Below, in pieces: positions 21,537 to 32,355 of a stretch of 64,000 nucleotides of DNA. The translations under genes and the position numbers were made by a program. Position 1 is the stretch's first letter, and each line of letters opens with the position of its first letter. Below the pieces are notes generated by a model that saw only the letters and a list, made by a program, of their open reading frames with translations, was not told the DNA's origin and searched no databases. The stretch covers positions 64,001-128,000 of the forward strand of contig JAOPTT010000010.1 in NCBI GenBank assembly GCA_051531975.1. The letters run 5' to 3'. The stretch comes from Spirochaetaceae bacterium (lineage in GTDB: Bacteria; Spirochaetota; Spirochaetia; DSM-2461).

Positions 21537-21746
21537 GTAACCCCCCTTAATGAAATATAATATAATTATAGTCTGAACCTACACAATTAACACAAAAGAT
21601 TTTATGTATTCCAATATATATATAATCAATTGTTATTCTGAAAGAATTATTAGATCAAGGAAACTTGAAGAATACAATTGACATATGGGGGGACTAATAT
21701 AATAACTGTACCTGTATAAAATAATCTGTTATAATATAATTAAATT

Positions 21747-22523
21747 ATGAAACGATATGGCCATGGACAGTACAAAATAGAAGACTCAGAAGATATACTG
21801 TTTACAAAGTGGATGGGTAGCTGGAATGAAGAGATGATGGAGGAGTTCCATTGGAAAATCCGATCTGTCTATGAATCTAGAACTGGTAACCCTTTTATAG
21901 AAATATTAGATATTAGTGAATGGGAATTAACCTCCCTTGATGTAATAGAAACAACAGTAGATCATAATTGGAATGATTATAAGTTAAGTGTGGGGCTGAA
22001 ACTTTATATAATAATTATAAAGAGTAATTTAATTGAGAGCTTAACATATCTAAAATATAAATCTAGAGTTCATATCCCTGTTGAAATTGTTCATTCTTAT
22101 AATGATGCTTTACATTTGGTACGTTCTAGGGAAAATCTAATAAACCATACACTTGATAGAGTGGGAAAATTCTATTTTATCCTGGAGCCTAATCTAACTC
22201 ATGTAATATTTTCAGGTATATGGGAAGAAAATGATTTTATAGCGTATAAAGAAGCTCTAGATGAATTATTTAAAATTATAGATTCATGTAATTACCTATT
22301 TCTTCAAGATTTAAGGTTATGGGATTCTATATCTTTACAAGCACCTTTAAGTTTACTTTCTGATATTTTGAATAAAGGGAAGAGTGAAAAAAAACTTAAA
22401 CAAAATTTTATTATTTGCAGGGATGACGAGCAGGTTAAGAAAATTGAAACCTATCTATCTCAAACTTCCAATAAGTTCACCATAAGCTGCTCTATTGATC
22501 ACTTGTTAGCCACAATGGTTTAA
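21747..22523 (+). CDS. Hypothetical protein with two tandem STAS/SpoIIAA-like halves
   Basis: Repeated pattern: KWMGSWNEE...ILDISEWE versus IFSGIWEEN...LQDLRLWD. Confidence 0.5.
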   Translation: MKRYGHGQYKIEDSEDILFTKWMGSWNEEMMEEFHWKIRSVYESRTGNPFIEILDISEWELTSLDVIETTVDHNWNDYKLSVGLKLYIIIIKSNLIESLTYLKYKSRVHIPVEIVHSYNDALHLVRSRENLINHTLDRVGKFYFILEPNLTHVIFSGIWEENDFIAYKEALDELFKIIDSCNYLFLQDLRLWDSISLQAPLSLLSDILNKGKSEKKLKQNFIICRDDEQVKKIETYLSQTSNKFTISCSIDHLLATMV

Positions 22524-22588
22524 ACGAAAGGTAGAGATAGCCCAGGAAGAGATAGTAAATATAAAACTAAGTTGATATACTTATAATA

Positions 22589-23356
22589 ATGAATATTGAA
22601 GAGATACTATTAAATACAACTCGTTTTAATTTAATAAAAGATGCGAGTACACCAAAAGACATCAAGAAAATAGATAATCAGTTAATTAAATTAACTAGTT
22701 GTTTTAATAAAAACTCACAAAAACTCTTAGTTCTATTTGATAAAATAGATAATCATAAAATAAATATTAATAATTATCCTAATTATACAATAGGTGATAG
22801 AACTGAGGTTATAATAAAAAATAATTCTCAATTACAAGAAGCATTAGTTGAAGTATATGATGAAAAAATCATAGGTTTTGACACAGAGCAGAAACCAACT
22901 TTTAAAAAAGGTCAGATTCAACATAAAATATCCATAGTACAAATATCAACAAAAAATTATTCTTTTATTATCCAAATGAAATATTTTGAAAACAATTATG
23001 ATATTGGAAAAGTCTTATCTGATAAATCAATATTAAAAGTAGGATTTGGTCTGAATAATGATACAAAACAATTAACAAAATTATTTGGGAAAAAACCTGA
23101 ATCATTACTTGATATATCTGTTTTTATTAAAAAAGTATTTAAGACAAAAAATAACATTGGAACTAAAAATGCTATTGCTATTTTCTTAGAAAAAAAATTA
23201 CAGAAATCTAAAAATGCTGCTTTATCTAATTGGGAAAATAGTGAACTAACATTAGGTCAAATTAAGTATGCTTCAGAAGATGGGACAGCTCCATTAGATG
23301 TTTATTACTCAATATTAACTGAGTTTTCTTTTTTACATTATTATGCAATTATATAA
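22589..23356 (+). CDS. 3'-5' exonuclease (DnaQ/WRN-exo-like)
   Basis: IGFDTEQKP, KVGFGLNND, SNWE and YASED motifs. Confidence 0.85.
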   Translation: MNIEEILLNTTRFNLIKDASTPKDIKKIDNQLIKLTSCFNKNSQKLLVLFDKIDNHKININNYPNYTIGDRTEVIIKNNSQLQEALVEVYDEKIIGFDTEQKPTFKKGQIQHKISIVQISTKNYSFIIQMKYFENNYDIGKVLSDKSILKVGFGLNNDTKQLTKLFGKKPESLLDISVFIKKVFKTKNNIGTKNAIAIFLEKKLQKSKNAALSNWENSELTLGQIKYASEDGTAPLDVYYSILTEFSFLHYYAII

Positions 23357-23394
23357 AACAAAAAAATATTACAGCTGGAGATAATTTGACTGCT

Positions 23395-24531
23395 TTATTT
23401 CTTCTTCATTTTGATCTGTCCTGCCCTGTGTAATAATCCACTCCTATAAATAGTCGCCTTATTTCTTCCATTTTCTTTAGAAAGATATAAAGCCTCGTCT
23501 GCCCTATTTAAGATATCATTTGATGTTAAATTTTCAACCCAATTATATACACTTACACCTATACTAACAGTGACTTTTAACTCTTTATCTTGATATTTAA
23601 TAGTCAATAATTCGATAGCGGATCTAATTCTATTAGCAATCATTAGAGCTACGTTTCCTGTTGTTTCTGGAAGTAATACAGTAAACTCTTCTCCCCCAAA
23701 CCTAGATACAATATCCATCTCTCTGACCAGATGTTTTAATTCATGAGCTATTTTAATAATAACTTCGTCTCCGGCTAGGTGACCATAATCATTATTAAAT
23801 ATTTTAAAATTATCAATATCAATTATGATTAATGCCGAAGGAGTTTTGCTTCTTTTAGATCGGGCAAATTCTTCATTAACTCTACTAATAAAAAAAAGAT
23901 GATTATACAGACCAGTTTTACCATCTTTAACAGAATTTTCATAATGAATATTATTTTGTATACCAACTGATATAAAACTCATTAATCTATCAATGTATTT
24001 TATCTCTTTATCAGTATAATCTTCATCCAATATCTTCGGACCAAATAGAATAAGACCATATAACCCAGAATGGCCATGAACAGGGATTATGATTTCAGTA
24101 TTTATCTCTTTAAATGGAGCGACTAATTTTGAATTAGCTATACCATCTTCAAAAACTTTGAAATTCATGGTTCCTGGATTATTATTAAAATAGTCTACAT
24201 AGGGCTCTAATGTAGATAAATTAACTTCTATTGTCTCTCTCTTTAAATTCTTATATGTAATAAACTTTAAACCACTATTATTTAATACACCTTCATTAAC
24301 AATAACTACAAGATTTGATGGTACAAATTTCTCAGTTAAACCCTGGACTAAATATCCAACTAATTCATCCACAGATTTTTTTTCAGATATAATATACGCT
24401 TCAGAAATAAGATCTTCTAGCTCTTTATTCTTCATATTAATGGATTCAATATACTCTATAATACCTAGTTCTGAGAGTAAACTGAAATTATTTATAAGTA
24501 AGGGGTTTGACGATATATCATTCCAGTCCAT
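23395..24531 (-). CDS. Diguanylate cyclase with GAF-like N-terminus
   Basis: DIDNFK, GHLAGD, RxxD (REMD) and RFGGEEF motifs. Confidence 0.9.
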   Translation of the reverse strand: MDWNDISSNPLLINNFSLLSELGIIEYIESINMKNKELEDLISEAYIISEKKSVDELVGYLVQGLTEKFVPSNLVVIVNEGVLNNSGLKFITYKNLKRETIEVNLSTLEPYVDYFNNNPGTMNFKVFEDGIANSKLVAPFKEINTEIIIPVHGHSGLYGLILFGPKILDEDYTDKEIKYIDRLMSFISVGIQNNIHYENSVKDGKTGLYNHLFFISRVNEEFARSKRSKTPSALIIIDIDNFKIFNNDYGHLAGDEVIIKIAHELKHLVREMDIVSRFGGEEFTVLLPETTGNVALMIANRIRSAIELLTIKYQDKELKVTVSIGVSVYNWVENLTSNDILNRADEALYLSKENGRNKATIYRSGLLHRAGQIKMKKK

Positions 24532-24666
24532 ATATTAATTATATCCTGAAACCCTCTTTATTCAAGTAATTAATAATGATTTTCTTATTGTATTTGACTT
24601 GGATGGAAACTAAAATTTAAAAAAGTATTAATAATTACAAACTATAATATATCAGAGGAGATTATT

Positions 24667-27600
24667 ATGATAACAAATAAGAAATTTAGTCTAATTCCTG
24701 CACTTTTTTATTGTATTCTACTTATTTCATGTGTTTCCAATGCAAATAATATAACTGATTCATCAAACTCACAGTTAAACATGGTATTTCAAGGTGGTCA
24801 TGTTTTGGCTGTTACAGATGTAGCAGTAAGCCCCGATGGTAAATTTTATGCAACATGTGGTTATGACAATATGGTTATGATATGGAGATCAACTGATAAT
24901 GTATTAGTAAAACAGATTGGATTCAAATCTCATTTAAATTCAATTTCCTATAGTCCTGATGGAACAAAATTAGCGGTTGGAGGTTCTGGTGTAAATCTGA
25001 TTGATATACTAACAGGAAACATTTTGTGGAATAACAATGAATCAGAGCTAGAACCATTTGAGATTTGTTGGAGTAAGGATGGATTAACAATACTTACTGC
25101 CCAGGGTAAAAACCCTAGAGATATTATTAGGAAAGGTAAAGTTGTAAAATATTCAGCAAAATCTGGTAATATAATAATTTCAACTGATTATTCTGAAAAT
25201 GTTTATTCAATACAATATAACGATGACTTCTCTTTATATGGAATTGGTCTAAGTGACGGTTCTATTAAAGTATATAAACCATTAGGAGGATTATATAAAA
25301 CAATAAATAGTTCTTCAGAAATTAGGTCACTTCAGTTCCTTGATACAGGAACAATTATTACTGGTCATTTAGATGGGGAATTAAGGACTTGGAATCTAGA
25401 AACAGGGGATCTATTAAATAATATTAAACTGAATAGAGGACCAATTAATAGTCTAGCCTATAATAAAAATAGTGGTTTGCTATTATGTGGAATTGAAGCA
25501 AGGAAAGAACATCAATTTTCAAATGAGGCTAAAGGCATTGTAATTCTTTATGAGCCCAAAACTAGAAAAATAATATCTGAATACGATAAACAATTATATC
25601 TTGTTAACAGCATAAAATGGTTAAAAGATGACACCTCATTTATATCAGTATCCGGTGAATATCAAGATGGTGAAGTATACTCATTTAATATAAAAAATAG
25701 TTCTTATTCTAAAAATCCTGTCTTGCTTCTTCCCTCAAGTGTAAACTTTAATGCAAAAAACAATGTTCTTGTTACTACAGGGAAAAAATGGGATGATTTG
25801 AATATTGGATCGATATCATTTCTTGATCTTCTAAACTTCAATTTGACATTTGGATCTATAGGTAAATATGGAAGTATAGATAATGCCAATATCCATCCAA
25901 GTGGTGATTGGCTTGTAGCAAATCATAAAACTGGAGATATTACTGTATGGGACTCAAATTCCCAATCAATAATAAAAACTTTACCAAGACTAAAATACAA
26001 TCAATTTTTTTCTGCCTTTAACCATGATGGATCTTTATTAGCTCTAGCTTCGTCCTTAGATGGTGTCTCTATAAGTCATATTAGAATAATGGATACAATA
26101 AACCAAAAAATATTATGGTCTAAAGATATATCTGATGGAATATTCCATGGAATAGCATTTAATAAAAAAGGTGATAAAATCTATTGTGCTGGTGGTTCTG
26201 AAGATGATCAAAAAGGTAAAATTCATATATTTGAGACGCTCTCTGGAAAACTTATCGATGTAGTTGATATTGGTTCTAGAATTCGGGATATTGATATATC
26301 ACCTGACGATACAATTATACTTGGAATAGATACAGAAGATGTAAATTATGGTGGATTATTTCTTAAACCTAAAAATATGAAAATTTCAAAGACCCTTACT
26401 AATTACGATACTATTAACAGGGTTTCTATAAATAATGATGGAACATTATTTGCTGCTGGAGAGTACTCTGGAACAGTGTCTATCTGGGATCTAGAAAAGA
26501 AGAAAATAATTTACCAACTACCTGGATTTTCAAATATCGAAAGCCTATCCTGGCATAAAACAAAAAATATAGTAACTATCGGATATTGGAACGGATCAAT
26601 TAAACTGTGGAATATTGATAATGATAAATCAGCCACATTAATTATTAGAGACCAGGATTGGATAATTTATACTCCAGAGGGATATTTTGCAGCTTCTGAA
26701 GATGGAGGGAAATTAACTGTCATGGTTGATGGGCTGACAGCATATGGGATTGATCAATTTGCATTAACAAACAACCGTCCTGATATTGTTCTTAGGGATT
26801 TGAACTTAGGTAATGATGAAGTAATTAATTATTACTACAATTTATATTTAAAACGATTAAAAAAATCAGGCTTTTCTGAACTGAATATCTCACAGACAAA
26901 ATATGTTCCTTATGCCCAAATATTAACATATAAACAGCATAACAAATTTATTGATCTGACTTTTAAATTATCAGATGAACATTCCAACTTAATTAAATAC
27001 AATATTTATATAAATGACGTACCAATATATGGAGCATATGGTAAAAAGATTTTTGGTAATAATATAACAATAACAGAAGCTATAGAACTTAGTTCTGGGA
27101 ACAATAAAATAGAAGTTACATGTATAAACAATAAAGGTGTAGAATCCTATAGACCTGTTATAAATATTACATATAAAGAATTAGTAAAAGCTAACCTATA
27201 TTTTATCGGATTTGGTGTTTCAAACTATCAAGACGATATTTTGGACCTAAAATATGCATCAAAAGATGTAGTCGACTTAGGTTCAGTATTAAAATCAAAC
27301 CTAAAAACTCAATTTAAAAATATCTATATACATACATTTATAGACGAAGAAGTTACAGCTGAGAATATGATATCTACAAAATCTTTATTAGAAAATGCAA
27401 AAGTTGATGATACCTTCATACTGCTTGTTGCTGGCCACGGTGTACACGATAATGATGAGGAATCAACATATTATTATCTTACATATAATACTGAAATAAA
27501 TGATCTTAAAAATACAGCAATAAACTTTGAGGAAATTGAAAATTTAATGCAAGGTATTGCTCCTAGAAATAAACTATTCCTAATGGATACATGCGAATCA

Positions 27601-28038
27601 GGAGAGACTGATGAAGAAACAGAAGCACGATATTATACTTTAGCAGGATCAAGAGGGATTCAACCACGAACAGCTAGGGGTTTAAAAGTTATAAGCAAAA
27701 CAGAAGATGAATTAAAACCAAGAAAATATTTACAGAACTCAAATCGTTTCATTTATAATGATCTATTTAGAAGATCAGGTGCTATAGTTTTTTCTTCTTC
27801 AAATGGAGGAGAGTTTTCATATGAAAGTGATAAAATTCAAAATGGGTTCTTTTCAGAAGGCATCCTAAAATGTCTATCTGATCCATTATCAGATAAAAAT
27901 AAAAATGGGTTTATTTCAATAAAGGAATTACAAGATTATGTAGTAAATTATGTATCTAAAGAGACAAAAGGTTTACAAAATCCAACGATTGATAGGGATA
28001 ACATATATCAGAAGTTTAATTTTCAAGTCTCAAAATAA
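24667..28038 (+). CDS. Lipoprotein with WD40 repeats and a C-terminal caspase-like (C14) protease domain
   Basis: LLISC lipobox; GH...VAVSPDG...W repeats; AGHG and MDTCESG catalytic dyad. Confidence 0.88.
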   Translation: MITNKKFSLIPALFYCILLISCVSNANNITDSSNSQLNMVFQGGHVLAVTDVAVSPDGKFYATCGYDNMVMIWRSTDNVLVKQIGFKSHLNSISYSPDGTKLAVGGSGVNLIDILTGNILWNNNESELEPFEICWSKDGLTILTAQGKNPRDIIRKGKVVKYSAKSGNIIISTDYSENVYSIQYNDDFSLYGIGLSDGSIKVYKPLGGLYKTINSSSEIRSLQFLDTGTIITGHLDGELRTWNLETGDLLNNIKLNRGPINSLAYNKNSGLLLCGIEARKEHQFSNEAKGIVILYEPKTRKIISEYDKQLYLVNSIKWLKDDTSFISVSGEYQDGEVYSFNIKNSSYSKNPVLLLPSSVNFNAKNNVLVTTGKKWDDLNIGSISFLDLLNFNLTFGSIGKYGSIDNANIHPSGDWLVANHKTGDITVWDSNSQSIIKTLPRLKYNQFFSAFNHDGSLLALASSLDGVSISHIRIMDTINQKILWSKDISDGIFHGIAFNKKGDKIYCAGGSEDDQKGKIHIFETLSGKLIDVVDIGSRIRDIDISPDDTIILGIDTEDVNYGGLFLKPKNMKISKTLTNYDTINRVSINNDGTLFAAGEYSGTVSIWDLEKKKIIYQLPGFSNIESLSWHKTKNIVTIGYWNGSIKLWNIDNDKSATLIIRDQDWIIYTPEGYFAASEDGGKLTVMVDGLTAYGIDQFALTNNRPDIVLRDLNLGNDEVINYYYNLYLKRLKKSGFSELNISQTKYVPYAQILTYKQHNKFIDLTFKLSDEHSNLIKYNIYINDVPIYGAYGKKIFGNNITITEAIELSSGNNKIEVTCINNKGVESYRPVINITYKELVKANLYFIGFGVSNYQDDILDLKYASKDVVDLGSVLKSNLKTQFKNIYIHTFIDEEVTAENMISTKSLLENAKVDDTFILLVAGHGVHDNDEESTYYYLTYNTEINDLKNTAINFEEIENLMQGIAPRNKLFLMDTCESGETDEETEARYYTLAGSRGIQPRTARGLKVISKTEDELKPRKYLQNSNRFIYNDLFRRSGAIVFSSSNGGEFSYESDKIQNGFFSEGILKCLSDPLSDKNKNGFISIKELQDYVVNYVSKETKGLQNPTIDRDNIYQKFNFQVSK

Positions 28039-28045
28039 GTTATTA

Positions 28046-28705
28046 CTACTGGAGAACTGCCTTAAAAAAAAGACATTCCCAACCACGTTTTACCGCTTCC
28101 TTATATAGTTTTTTATCCGGATTTACAGGTATAGCTTTTGAACATAAATCTAGTAGAGGTAGATCGTTATAGGAATCTGAATAAAAAACCGCATCCTCAA
28201 AGGATAAATTTTCCTGTTTAAAAAATGATTCAACAGCAATTTTTTTATCTTCACCAAAAGCAGGTTCCCCTACTAAGTGACCAGTAGTTACACCGTCTTT
28301 TATTTCCATTCTACTAGAAACAAATTCATCAATTCCTAAATAATTTAGAACAGGTTCAATTAAAAAATCTACAGAGGATGTAGCAGCGATAACTCTATGC
28401 CCATCTTTTTTTAACAGAGCTACTAATTTTATAGCATCGGTATATATTTGGGACTTTGTCTGCCTGTTAAAAGTTAACATTGATAATTCACGTAAAAAAT
28501 CCAGTTTTATATTTTTTAACTTCATAACTTCTATTTTAATAAAGTCAGGATCTAAAAGTGATAATTTATACAATATATATTTAAAAGGAAAAGTTATTAT
28601 CTGGGGAATAGTAATTATTTTATGACTTAATGCTTCCTTTAAAAAACATCTTCCGGTGGATTGTCTGATTAATGTATGATCAACATCAAAAATGTGTATT
28701 GCCAT
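28046..28705 (-). CDS. HAD-IB family phosphatase
   Basis: FDVDHTL; FYSDSYNDLPLL; VNPD. Confidence 0.88.
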   Translation of the reverse strand: MAIHIFDVDHTLIRQSTGRCFLKEALSHKIITIPQIITFPFKYILYKLSLLDPDFIKIEVMKLKNIKLDFLRELSMLTFNRQTKSQIYTDAIKLVALLKKDGHRVIAATSSVDFLIEPVLNYLGIDEFVSSRMEIKDGVTTGHLVGEPAFGEDKKIAVESFFKQENLSFEDAVFYSDSYNDLPLLDLCSKAIPVNPDKKLYKEAVKRGWECLFFKAVLQ

Positions 28706-28716
28706 GGGTATCCTTT

Positions 28717-29394
28717 CTAATTAGTTTTAATAAATTCTATATATTCTGTACTTTTTTTTGCTGGATCACTGTAGTAACCTCTCAAATTCTCCGGTAGCAG
28801 ATCTGAAACCTGATACATAATGCTCACCATCATTTTTTCACGTACTACAGAGTTTATTTTATCTTCACTTTTTAAAATGAAGGGTCGTCCTATTTTATAA
28901 GTTATTTTAGTTCTTTTAAACCTTTTTAAATTCCCCCATACTTTTTCCCCGCCATACTGAACAATAGGTAAAAGTGGAGCACCGGATAATAGAGCCATAG
29001 GAACAACTCCAGGTTTCCCTTTTAGTAGAACTCCATCCCCACTTCTTGTACCTTCAGGAGCAATACAGATAATTTTTTCTTCTTTTAAGAGTTTATTTAT
29101 ATTTTTAAACGCTGATAGATTACCCTTACCCCTATCTACTGGGATAGCATCAAAGGTATTAAATATAAATGCCAATAAAGGATTATCCCATGTCTCTTTT
29201 TTTGCAAATCCAATCATATCACGTGGTTGCAACAGTACATGAGTTAAGGGAACATCAAGGAAATTAATGTGGTTTATACAGATAATCAAAGGACCTTTTA
29301 GAGGAATAACTGATAAATCCACATCATCTACACGACAGATTAGACCTAGTGTATTTTTAAGGAATTTATTAACTATATATTTTCTAACTCTCAT
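28717..29394 (-). CDS. Lysophospholipid (PlsC-type) acyltransferase
   Basis: NHINFLD (HxxxxD); APEGTRS. Confidence 0.9.
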   Translation of the reverse strand: MRVRKYIVNKFLKNTLGLICRVDDVDLSVIPLKGPLIICINHINFLDVPLTHVLLQPRDMIGFAKKETWDNPLLAFIFNTFDAIPVDRGKGNLSAFKNINKLLKEEKIICIAPEGTRSGDGVLLKGKPGVVPMALLSGAPLLPIVQYGGEKVWGNLKRFKRTKITYKIGRPFILKSEDKINSVVREKMMVSIMYQVSDLLPENLRGYYSDPAKKSTEYIEFIKTN

Positions 29395-29398
29395 ATTA

Positions 29399-30316
29399 CT
29401 AATTGTGAATAATCCTTAATGCTTCTGGTATACAATCGATTTTTAACTCTTTACCAGTTGTGCAAATAGTCTCTCCATCGGCATGAACAATTAAATTACC
29501 ATTTAAAGCTTTTATATTATAGGATTTTGCCCGGTCCATAATAATCCCTTCAGTACCTTTCTGGGTTCCCTTAGTATAGTGTTTAACAGAGGTTAATAAT
29601 GTTCGTCTATTTATATGTTTAACAATACAAAGATCAAGTTGACCATCGTTATTAACAGCATCAGGTGCCATATAAAAAAGACCTCCCATTCTGCTTCCAT
29701 TCATAATGGATATTTGAATTGCTTTTAATGTTATGTTATTATCGTTAAATGTTGTTTCAATGACCGGGGAATCTGAAAATTTGATAAGAGTTTTAACTGT
29801 CCCGGCAATATATCCAAGTGCTCCCTTGAGATACTTCATTTTAGACGCTTCCAATCCTACAGTTGTATCAAATCCTATTCCTATTCCGTTTCCAAAATAT
29901 CTACCATCTGGGTAATCTCCACCCTTTATTAAACCAATATCAAGGAATGATGTTTTTCCATTAATGATAACATCTAAGGCTTCTTCTATTTTGTTAGGGA
30001 CATTTGCCCCGTATGAAAAATCATTACCCCGTCCAATTGGTATAACACTAAATACAGGGCTATATTGTTTTTTACCCTTCATTAAGCCGTTAATTACTTC
30101 GTTACAGGTTCCATCCCCACCTGCTGCAATTACAGCTATATCCTCTGTATTTGCATATGTTTCTGCAATTTCTGCTGCATGACCAATATATTCTGTGTTA
30201 ATCAATTCAAAATTAACATCTGATTTTTCTAAATAGGCTTCAATTAAAGGTAATTGTTTTTTTGCCAACCCTTTCCCGGCAGTAGGATTAAAAATAATTA
30301 TTAGTTTATTTAACAA
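29399..30316 (-). CDS. Diacylglycerol/lipid kinase family protein (DagK/YegS-like)
   Basis: NPTAG, GGDGT, PIGRGNDF and ADGE motifs; probable TTG start at 30316 after an AAGGGG SD. Confidence 0.88.
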   Translation of the reverse strand: MLNKLIIIFNPTAGKGLAKKQLPLIEAYLEKSDVNFELINTEYIGHAAEIAETYANTEDIAVIAAGGDGTCNEVINGLMKGKKQYSPVFSVIPIGRGNDFSYGANVPNKIEEALDVIINGKTSFLDIGLIKGGDYPDGRYFGNGIGIGFDTTVGLEASKMKYLKGALGYIAGTVKTLIKFSDSPVIETTFNDNNITLKAIQISIMNGSRMGGLFYMAPDAVNNDGQLDLCIVKHINRRTLLTSVKHYTKGTQKGTEGIIMDRAKSYNIKALNGNLIVHADGETICTTGKELKIDCIPEALRIIHN

Positions 30317-30472
30317 GTTATTCCCCTTAAGATAATAATACACTGAATACGTTAATTTACCTATTATTAAAACAAATGCAACAAACCTATGTTCAAATTC
30401 CATTTATATTTATCTATAAAAATTATGTTGCATATCATTCTTAACATTCCTACAATTAATATTGAGGGCACA

Positions 30473-31357
30473 ATGAAGGATGTTGCAGATTTAAAAAAAC
30501 GTATACAACTGCTGACGGAGCAAATAGAAAACCTAACATTAAGAAACAGTGAATTATCAGAAGAGTTAAATCAAATGAGGGTGATATATGTTAGTTCCAT
30601 GGATTATGGATCTACACTTGAAAACGAACTTGATCAGCAGATTAAAATCCTATCAAAAGAAAATTCAGTAGAACCGAAGAGCAGTATGGATCACGACAGA
30701 GATCTTAGACTAAGATTAACACTTGAAATATCAAAAAATGAACACTTAGAACTAATAAATAAGAGCCTTATGGAACAGGTAGAACAGTTAAGAGTTCTAT
30801 ATGTTAATGTCTCTTCCCATTCTACAGCTCTAGAAAACGATCTAGACGAAAAATATGAAGAAGTTAAGCGTTTATCAATAACCGATCCTCTTACTGGAAT
30901 ATATAATAGAAGTGGATTTTACAAATCTGCAGAAGCCATAATAGATAATATGAAAAGAAAAAATATGCCACTTTCAATAATTATGATGGATATTGATAAT
31001 TTCAAGATCTGTAACGATACACATGGTCATGACGTAGGAGATGAAGTACTGATAAGTATAACAAAGACATGTTTAAAATCTATAAGAAAAAGCGATATAT
31101 TGGCTAGATGGGGTGGGGAAGAATTTATATTTATTGTTCCTGAACTTAATATGAATAAAACTATAGAGTTAGCAGAGAGAATTAGAGAGAACATTGAAAG
31201 TGAGATCTATAATATTTGTGAAAAAATAACCTGTAGCTTTGGAGTATCCACATTTAATAATGAACCTATAGAACATTGTATTAAACGATCTGACTTAGCT
31301 CTATATGAAGCAAAAAATAGGGGTAAAAACAGAGTGGAAGGATATAAAGATGGATAA
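30473..31357 (+). CDS. Diguanylate cyclase with duplicated coiled-coil N-terminus
   Basis: TDPLTG, RKSD and RWGGEEF motifs; start probably ATG 30473 after GAGG. Confidence 0.9.
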   Translation: MKDVADLKKRIQLLTEQIENLTLRNSELSEELNQMRVIYVSSMDYGSTLENELDQQIKILSKENSVEPKSSMDHDRDLRLRLTLEISKNEHLELINKSLMEQVEQLRVLYVNVSSHSTALENDLDEKYEEVKRLSITDPLTGIYNRSGFYKSAEAIIDNMKRKNMPLSIIMMDIDNFKICNDTHGHDVGDEVLISITKTCLKSIRKSDILARWGGEEFIFIVPELNMNKTIELAERIRENIESEIYNICEKITCSFGVSTFNNEPIEHCIKRSDLALYEAKNRGKNRVEGYKDG

Positions 31358-32345
31358 AAAAGAGCAGATGGAAAAAATTTTTAAATTACTTAACGATTCA
31401 TGGACCGGAGCTGCATTATCAGCAGGTATGTCAGCCGGTATATTTAACACAATTCAAAGTCGAAACAAGTGGACCCAGAAGGAACTTGCCCAAGAGCTGG
31501 ATTTTGATCAAAATAAACTTGATATGTGGCTCTATTTTGCAGAGCATATGCAGTGGGTAACAAAAGTTGATAATAATTACAGTCTAACAGATTATGGAAT
31601 GAATTTTACTAAAGATGCTGGGTCTCCTGATATAAAGGGATTACTTCAGCTTTCTCAATATTATTTAAATGCAGCATCCCATGCTGATGAAACATTTAAA
31701 CCCCATAAAAGTCTTGATAAATTAAGTGATGGTAAAATAAGCAGAGAATATCAGCCTAGGGTTTCTGATAATTTTTCGATTGCCCTTAAGGATCTTTTTA
31801 TTAAACATGATTTTAAACCAAACGAAACACTTCTTGATGTTGGTTGTGGTAACGGTAGTTTCTTAAGAAATATTGGTCCACATATGGTAGATATAAAACT
31901 GGTAGGTGTGGATACAAACTTATTTGCCATTGAAAAGGGTAAACAAATTAACAAACAGGAAAAACCTATTAATCCTATAAAATTATTGGCTGGAGATATA
32001 ACAGAGGATATGGATGATTTTAAAGATAAATCATACGACTGGGTGACATCAATAAATGTTATGCATTTCATTGATATGTCTAATAGATTACCTGTGATTG
32101 AAAATATGATAAGAATAGCAAAAAAAGGGGTTTTTATTACACAGGTTATGATTGAATCTACTCCATTATCAAGATCTGCCAATCCATTAATGGGTCTATT
32201 ATGGAATGATTTTACTGGATTTTTTTATAAAAATGAAATTGACAATATAAATAGATATTTGCAAAGTAAATTTTTAGACCACTCATTTAAAGTTGAAAAA
32301 ATTATGCATGGTAATAGCTCAATTTTAATAATCGAAAAAAAATAG
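31350..32345 (+). CDS. Class I SAM methyltransferase with N-terminal winged-helix/dimerisation domain
   Basis: LLDVGCGNG; ELAQELD HTH-like segment; YDWVTSINVMH; start overlaps the DGC 3' end. Confidence 0.8.
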   Translation: MDKKEQMEKIFKLLNDSWTGAALSAGMSAGIFNTIQSRNKWTQKELAQELDFDQNKLDMWLYFAEHMQWVTKVDNNYSLTDYGMNFTKDAGSPDIKGLLQLSQYYLNAASHADETFKPHKSLDKLSDGKISREYQPRVSDNFSIALKDLFIKHDFKPNETLLDVGCGNGSFLRNIGPHMVDIKLVGVDTNLFAIEKGKQINKQEKPINPIKLLAGDITEDMDDFKDKSYDWVTSINVMHFIDMSNRLPVIENMIRIAKKGVFITQVMIESTPLSRSANPLMGLLWNDFTGFFYKNEIDNINRYLQSKFLDHSFKVEKIMHGNSSILIIEKK

Positions 32346-32355
32346 TGAGGACTAT

